Both the position numbers and the translations under genes were made by a program. Shown in pieces: positions 41,197-64,000 of a DNA stretch of 64,000 nt. The notes beneath the pieces are model-generated. The model saw only the letters and a list, made by a program, of their open reading frames with translations, was not told where the DNA came from and searched no databases. Positions within the stretch are counted from its first letter, which is position 1. The number at the start of each line of letters is the position of its first letter. Source of the DNA: Amoebidium appalachense (taxonomy: Eukaryota > Protista > Ichthyosporea); NCBI GenBank assembly GCA_963693365.1, contig CAVNZM010000003.1:14925143-14989142 (forward strand), written 5' to 3'.

Positions 41197-41265
41197 GATT
41201 GGCTCATGACGGCTCGCTCGCGAGAGCACTGGCTAGGCTCTTGGCACCATGACTGATATATAAAA
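41197..41265 (+). promoter_or_regulatory. putative promoter of the LysM-TSP1 gene (reverse CCAAT plus TATATAAAA)
   Basis: GATTGG at about 41197 and TATATAAAA at 41257-41265, about 150 bp upstream of gcaccATG at 41417. Confidence 0.5.
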
Positions 41266-41416
41266 GTTCAAGCTGCATGCTACGGGATTTTTGACGTTCA
41301 TTTTGAACGGAACACTTCAAGCTATAAAATGATTGCAAGTAAAACAATACACCATACACGCAGAACAGGTCGGATCACCCCTTATTCAATGGTGCCCAAA
41401 GTTTAACACGTGCACC

Positions 41417-51782
<10,366 letters not shown>

Positions 51783-52431
51783 CCCCTGTCATGAGGTTGG
51801 AGTTGTCGAGGGAACGGTCAATTGATATATTACATGTTACTGTAGTGTTGGTTTTGGATATTTCTGGTGGTTTATTTATCTAGTAGACTATGTGTGTGTA
51901 ATGCTGGTTACCTCTTGTGGTTTATAGCACATTTTGGAGTGTGCTTGTGCACATTCGAAAGTTGGATGGTTTTGAGATCTAGTGTTAACACTTGTCACGT
52001 GATCTCGGATAGTTATGGAATGGAATTCAGAGCTTGCCTGAGACCCCGTGTACGGGATACAATGATTGCAGGAGTTAAGTCAATAGAACAACGACATCAT
52101 ATTATGTTTAGATAGGTAATGGGCTTATACACTAATATCCTTGGCCTTAGAACTAGCACGAATATTTAAATACGATTGGAATCATCCAGTGTGAAAGTTG
52201 CCTGGTGCATTCACAAATATATGTGATGAAGGGAGGGAGAAGGGGCCTGGACGGGGAGGAGGGTCCCCTAACCCTTGCTTCCTCTTCCCCGGAGGCCTTC
52301 TCCAATCCTCCCCCCCTCCCCCCCCCCCCCCCATATGACGTAGAATTGACATCACGATGATGATATCACGTCGCAAAATGCCAACACACACACCCCCCCC
52401 CCCTTTTTTTTTTTTTGGGGGGGGGGGGGGG

Positions 52432-53596
52432 TGTTGGAGTGCAGACTTACGCTCACTCCACAATATGTGTATGTTAGCTTTACAATTGGTTCCGTGTACA
52501 CAGACACACGCTGACACTCGATCACCACATGCACATCTGCATAGTTGAGGAATGTTGCCAATTGTGTTTTGACTGCAAACGATTGGTTCACTGGTCCCAG
52601 AGATCTCTAAATGAAAGTAACCAATCCGATTAGCACCTGGCATCCGGATTACATTCCAGACTGCTGCCCCACGGGTATATAAGCCACGTCTCTGCCAGGT
52701 GCAGACATGGAGTTCAGACATGGAGTTCAGTCATGGAGTTCAGTCATGGAGTTCAGTCATGGAGTTCAGTCATGGAGTTAACACACTGAAAGCAGTAAAA
52801 AACGGGTCAGCGCCCAAGCGCGCCACGACGACCCTAGTCACAGCGGACTCTACTTCCAACAGGGTTATGGGCCCAGACACGACACCGCGGCCTCTAACTT
52901 CACGTCCCCTACGACGCCTTGAACGGAGGAGCCCAGAAACCGACTTCTAGGCTGTACCCTACACCCGCGAGCGTATTTCCGTGAAGTAGAGACTTTCGCT
53001 TCCACAAACTCCATCCGCAGCAGCCTGCGACATCAACGTCAAGTATTCCACTTCATTGGCGGGGCACGCACCACAGTGGAATGCACACCCCGGTCTACCC
53101 TGCAAGCAGCCACACTCACTCTCTCTTCTCTACAGTGGTGTGTACACTTCTCCAATTGGGTAGGGGTGTTGGAGTGCAGACTTACGCTCACTCCACAATA
53201 TGTGTATGTTAGCTTTACAATTGGTTCCGTGTACACAGACACACGCTGACACTCGATCACCACATGCACATCTGCATAGTTGAGGAATGTTGCCAATTGT
53301 GTTTTGACTGCAAACGATTGGTTCACTGGTCCCAGAGATCTCTAAATGAAAGTAACCAATCCGATTAGCACCTGGCATCCGGATTACATTCCAGACTGCT
53401 GCCCCACGGGTATATAAGCCACGTCTCTGCCAGGTGCAGACATGGAGTTCAGACATGGAGTTCAGTCATGGAGTTCAGTCATGGAGTTCAGTCATGGAGT
53501 TCAGTCATGGAGTTAACACACTGAAAGCAGTAAAAAACGGGTCAGCGCCCAAGCGCGCCACGACGACCCTAGTCACAGCGGACTCTACTTCCAACG
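52432..53596 (+). mobile_element. TRIM: miniature non-autonomous LTR retrotransposon of Ty1/copia descent
   Basis: Two apparently identical ~430-bp LTRs (52432-52861 and 53167-53596) with TGTTGGA...TCCAACA ends. Copia-type PBS GGTTATGGGCCCAG at 52863-52876 and PPT GGGTAGGGG at 53158-53166. The 305-bp internal region holds a frameshifted RNase H-like remnant. Each LTR has CCAAT, TATATAA and a 13-bp GTTCAGTCATGGA array. Confidence 0.92.
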
Positions 53597-53689
53597 GGGG
53601 GGGGGGGGGGGGGGGACAAAACAAAAAAATCCCCCACCCTTTCACTCCCCACCCTCCCTTTCCCGGTTGGAAAAAAAAAAACACGGGGC

Positions 53690-59900
<6,211 letters not shown>

Positions 59901-60030
59901 GTACCCGCCCAACTTGGGAACAACTGAAAGCCCCTCTCTCCTTCCTTCCCCCCCCCCCCCCCCCCCCCTCCCCCACGACCCCCCTGTCCTCCTCCCACAT
60001 GCCCCCCCAAATCCGCAATCACCACCACCA

Positions 60031-60161
<131 letters not shown>

Positions 60162-60194
60162 CCCTCACACTCGTCCATAAGTTAAACCTTCGAA

Positions 60195-60235
<41 letters not shown>

Positions 60236-60395
60236 AAAAAAAAAGAAAAGAAAAAATGAAAAGGAGCCAGAAAAAGAAGATAAAAAACTGTCGAAATGAA
60301 AACAATGATAGGCGTGTTGGTGATGCATCGGAAAAAGAAAGGGCTCCTACTGACAGCAATCATTTGAGTAGAACATTTGAATTTCAAGCAAAGCC

Positions 60396-60448
<53 letters not shown>

Positions 60449-60475
60449 TGCGTGTGCGTGTGCGCGCGCGCGCGC

Positions 60476-60528
<53 letters not shown>

Positions 60529-60745
60529 CGTGACGCTTGACAATGTGTGCGTCTGTGGGAATGTGTTTCAAATATTGCCTGTGTGCTGAGGGTTGTATTT
60601 GGCCGCAGGTTGACACGGTTTAAACAGTCATTGTTCAAACCAGGTCACAGTATCGTGTGTCGCCACAAAAACACATTCTGGTGGATCAGTGACATCTGCA
60701 CAAAACTAGCGTCAAATAGTCTTTTCTGGGAAGAAGGGTATAGGC

Positions 60746-60779
<34 letters not shown>

Positions 60780-61169
60780 GGCCCACCCACCCACCCCCAC
60801 ATACACCTCTCACACACCCCACCACTCTATTTTTCAAAATTGTACAGAACTAAATACACTAAACAATCCCCTTCACACGTAGCTGCAATGCCTGAGTGGG
60901 TACCCTGAGTTCGAATAAGGGAAAACTGAGTGAGGCTTGCTATCATAGTATGTAAACAGAGCCCCCCTCCCCCCCCCCCCCCCCCCCCTTTCCCCCCCGT
61001 CAGCCTTCACCTTAACAGGCACTGTAGTACACCTAGAAACTTATAATCCCCGCTATTCCCGTCGTGCCCATCATGGGCTACAACGCAAATCGAAATTTCT
61101 TTAAGTGGTAATTCATAAATGCAAGGCATGCGGATAGAGTGTTAACCCTCAGCTTCTGCATGGTGGGTT

Positions 61170-61243
61170 GTCATGTGTTTCGGCACGGTTAGGGGACTAA
61201 AGATTACTGTCATGTGTTTCGGCACGGTTAGGGGACTAAAGAT
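61170..61243. repeat. two-copy 39-bp tandem duplication
   Basis: GTCATGTGTTTCGGCACGGTTAGGGGACTAAAGAT occurs twice. Confidence 0.9.
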
Positions 61244-61293
61244 AAAAACACAGTAATGCAGAAACTTGGTTCTTTTTTTTTGCTGGTCCCTAA

Positions 61294-61345
<52 letters not shown>

Positions 61346-61793
61346 GGGGGGGGGGGGGGGGGGGTTGGAGAGTGAAAGCTGTTCTTTTTTTTAGCCTATG
61401 TATCCATTTTTTATTTTTTTTTGATGCCTAGAAATTATACCAGGGTGAACGTTTTTTTATTCCTTTTATCTTGGATGGTTGTTGTTCTAGTATAATTTCA
61501 TACCGGCACTGTCTTTGGGTGGATAAGATGCCCTGTATGCATAATCTATATTGGTTTCTCAGTGTCTACCGGATTTTTATATCCACACACACAAGCAGCT
61601 GAGAACTTTTACTGAATTCTGCACAAAAATTCCACAGACGCCTTTTAAGTTACATGCCACGGCAGCTAGCAAGAACCAGCAATGATATGGGGTGCAGGAC
61701 CCAATGCATGACATATGTGAAAACAGCACAAGAAAGATACTGATGATGTATAAAACTTTTCATTTAAATATCAGGATGAGCAGGAAACGTGAA

Positions 61794-62339
61794 CTATTTC
61801 GAATTCAAACCTAGCGAACTGCTCGAGAACACACCGCCCGTATCCACCTGCTTGCACAGCAAAAACAGCATCGCAACCCCACACACGGCCATAGCAACCA
61901 GCCCACCGCACGCCACACACGCCGACACCACATACGCCTTCACCTTGTCGTCCCATTGAGCGAGGTTATGCCACGTGCTGTTCGCCGCTATCTCCATATA
62001 TTCCACGCACACACCCGCGAGCAGAGATGTACTCAACATCACAAGTGCAGACAGGGACACGGCCGAGGAAGTGTCGCTGTTCCCCTTCACCGAATGATTC
62101 AACACCGCCATATGCGTGCCGAAGGTGAAAGGAACAACAAACCACCAATATCCACACGTGTTTATGTTGTTGATTGGGTCAGCAACGAAGCCGGCCAGTT
62201 GGCCTACAAGCTGGCTGCTAGATACTTGGAGGGCAATGGTTCCTGCGATGGCAACGAGAAAAGCAATCCCACTCAATACGGATAGAACTCCGGTGGGGCC
62301 GGCGCGGAAAGCTGCTATTGCTGGTTTGTTGGACGACAT
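61794..62339 (-). CDS. small four-transmembrane protein, intronless
   Basis: 181-aa non-repetitive ORF with four hydrophobic segments and GYWWF at the start of TM2. A TATA-like motif lies about 75 bp upstream. Confidence 0.75.
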   Translation of the reverse strand: MSSNKPAIAAFRAGPTGVLSVLSGIAFLVAIAGTIALQVSSSQLVGQLAGFVADPINNINTCGYWWFVVPFTFGTHMAVLNHSVKGNSDTSSAVSLSALVMLSTSLLAGVCVEYMEIAANSTWHNLAQWDDKVKAYVVSACVACGGLVAMAVCGVAMLFLLCKQVDTGGVFSSSSLGLNSK

Positions 62340-63259
62340 GTTTGCATGTGTTTTTAGCTTACGTCAAGAAATATAAGTATATTAGAGTCTTTCCTGCTTG
62401 TAGCGCTGCATGCATATATATGCAACGCCATGGGGCCACGACTCAACACGTCTTTGAATTCGAAACTGAACGTGAAGCGGGCCGGGTTACCGTTAGACGC
62501 ATGCATGCAGTGCCTCTTGTGTGGTTTGGTTTGCAGTTTTTTCTGATGGAGCTTATGTGTAGCGCGTTCGCTCACGTACTTTTTGGTGCTGTTTGTCACT
62601 GATATGTGTGCAGCAAAACGATGTCAAAGACTGCGACATCTACGGTGAGAAGAGCATTGAGCACGTCTCGCTGGATTGGTTCTGCGGGTTGGATTCGCAC
62701 CAATCATAGAGTACATGGGTTAAAAAAATTAAGTGAGGTCTCTCCCTCTCTGTTAGATAATACTGTAGCAAACTGTTTGTCGTGCTGTATTCAAATTATA
62801 TGAAAACCCTGCTATCTTTCAACCCAAGGATAGCTAGGGCAATGGTCTTGAACTGTGCAAAAGAAATGTTCGGTGGTCTTGAGTATTTTTGCCGCCATTT
62901 TTGATTCAAACAAACGTGCTTTATGGTTGGTTTAACATCACGGCCAATCAAAACGTTGTAACTATTCGCTAATCACATTTTACGATTAGATCTTGCGGTT
63001 TTCAAAATTTTCACCGTGCATCGCAGCCGGCAAGTTTGCGTCCAACATGACGCGTCCCCTCCTCTCTCGTGCACACACACGTACACACGCACGCGAAAGC
63101 CAATACCACCAAACACAAAAACCTGCACATCACAAAAAGCAATTCATACCACACATCCCAATTTCATCTAGGTTCATTCAAGCTCGGGCCTTACAAGGGA
63201 GAGGAGATAGTAGACTTTATAATCACGCAGCAAGCCGTTTTTCATCGACATCCACCACC

Positions 63260-63685
63260 ATGCTGCTCAACCTGGACAAAATCCTGTTCTACTGCGCCAC
63301 GGGTCTGTGTGCCATAGGCCTCATTATTTCTATCGCCAGCACGGCGGCCGTCTACAATTCAACTGGTGTTGACACCGCAACAAACGGGTGGTATTGGTGG
63401 AACTACGTTTTCTCCACTCTCGTTCTGTGCGTCACCCTCGCTCTTGCTCTTTTAGACGGGGGAAAGAAAATGCCTCATCACCGCGTGCGTGTTGTTGTAT
63501 TCACCGGGCTGGCTGCATCTATGATGGTGGGGCTGGCGCGGTCGAGTGTGAGCATGGCGGAGGGGCTGGCAGCTGCAGGAAGCAACTGGAGGGGAAATGC
63601 GTACAGTGCGTGGGCGGGAAAGGCTGCGGGGGAGTGCCTTACGGTTATCGGGCAGATTGTGCTACTTATTGGGTGTGGTTTTTAG
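63260..63685 (+). CDS. small four-transmembrane protein resembling the Sho1 membrane domain, intronless
   Basis: ccaccATG at 63260 starts a 141-aa ORF with four TM segments. It has GWYWWNYVF at TM2, HHRVRVVVF before TM3 and AAGECLTVIGQIVLLI in TM4. The upstream extension in the ORF track has no coding character. Confidence 0.75.
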   Translation: MLLNLDKILFYCATGLCAIGLIISIASTAAVYNSTGVDTATNGWYWWNYVFSTLVLCVTLALALLDGGKKMPHHRVRVVVFTGLAASMMVGLARSSVSMAEGLAAAGSNWRGNAYSAWAGKAAGECLTVIGQIVLLIGCGF

Positions 63686-64000
63686 TGTTTTAGTTATGTG
63701 GTATTATTATGTCGAAAGCTGGCGTAGCTCAGCTCTACACGGTGTTGAAAGTCCGTAATATATATATATAGCTGCTGCAGTTATACTGAACTGCGGTATC
63801 GATTAATTGCAAGTTCATGTTAGGTGCCTGCATCAATGTAAAGCTGTGTCTGTACCAGGCATGCAACGTCATCTTCGTGCAATATGTTGTAGTGCAACCT
63901 CTACATTAGCTTTGACAAGAAATCAGAAATGTTTATCCTTTGGAAAGCAATTAACGTACCAAAAGCCTGAAAACAAGTTTTTTCTTTTCGCTGACAGGGC

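Noticed and set aside
52701-52780. 13-bp array as a CRISPR or iteron
   Set aside because: It is a simple tandem repeat inside an LTR and is duplicated with it.
62993-63259. N-terminal extension of the last ORF
   Set aside because: It starts at a non-ATG codon and has no coding character. The Kozak-context ATG at 63260 is preferred.

Overview
Eukaryotic, intron-rich, microsatellite-saturated DNA with (CA/TG)n, (GA/CT)n and poly-C/poly-G runs. Most entries in the ORF track are translations of these repeats. Gene content looks like a unicellular opisthokont or holozoan protist (inference only). Four genes are intronless: a CAMK/AMPK-related Ser/Thr kinase, a secreted pectinacetylesterase/Notum-family esterase, and a divergent pair of small 4-TM proteins resembling the Sho1 membrane domain. 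Two spliced genes were reconstructed by hand: a KIAA0513/SBF2-domain protein fused to a PDZ domain, and a 9-exon secreted LysM-LysM-(unknown Cys-rich)-TSP1-TSP1 protein of about 705 aa. Mobile DNA comprises a decayed non-LTR RT element plus an inverted 3' copy, a young copia-derived TRIM, and three MITE-like elements. Two patterns stand out. Many 3' splice sites are preceded by (CA)n instead of a polypyrimidine tract. About a dozen decayed copies of one unidentified, apparently protein-coding module (WGQPL...RLP) fill much of the intergenic space. All alignments were made by eye and no database searches were run.
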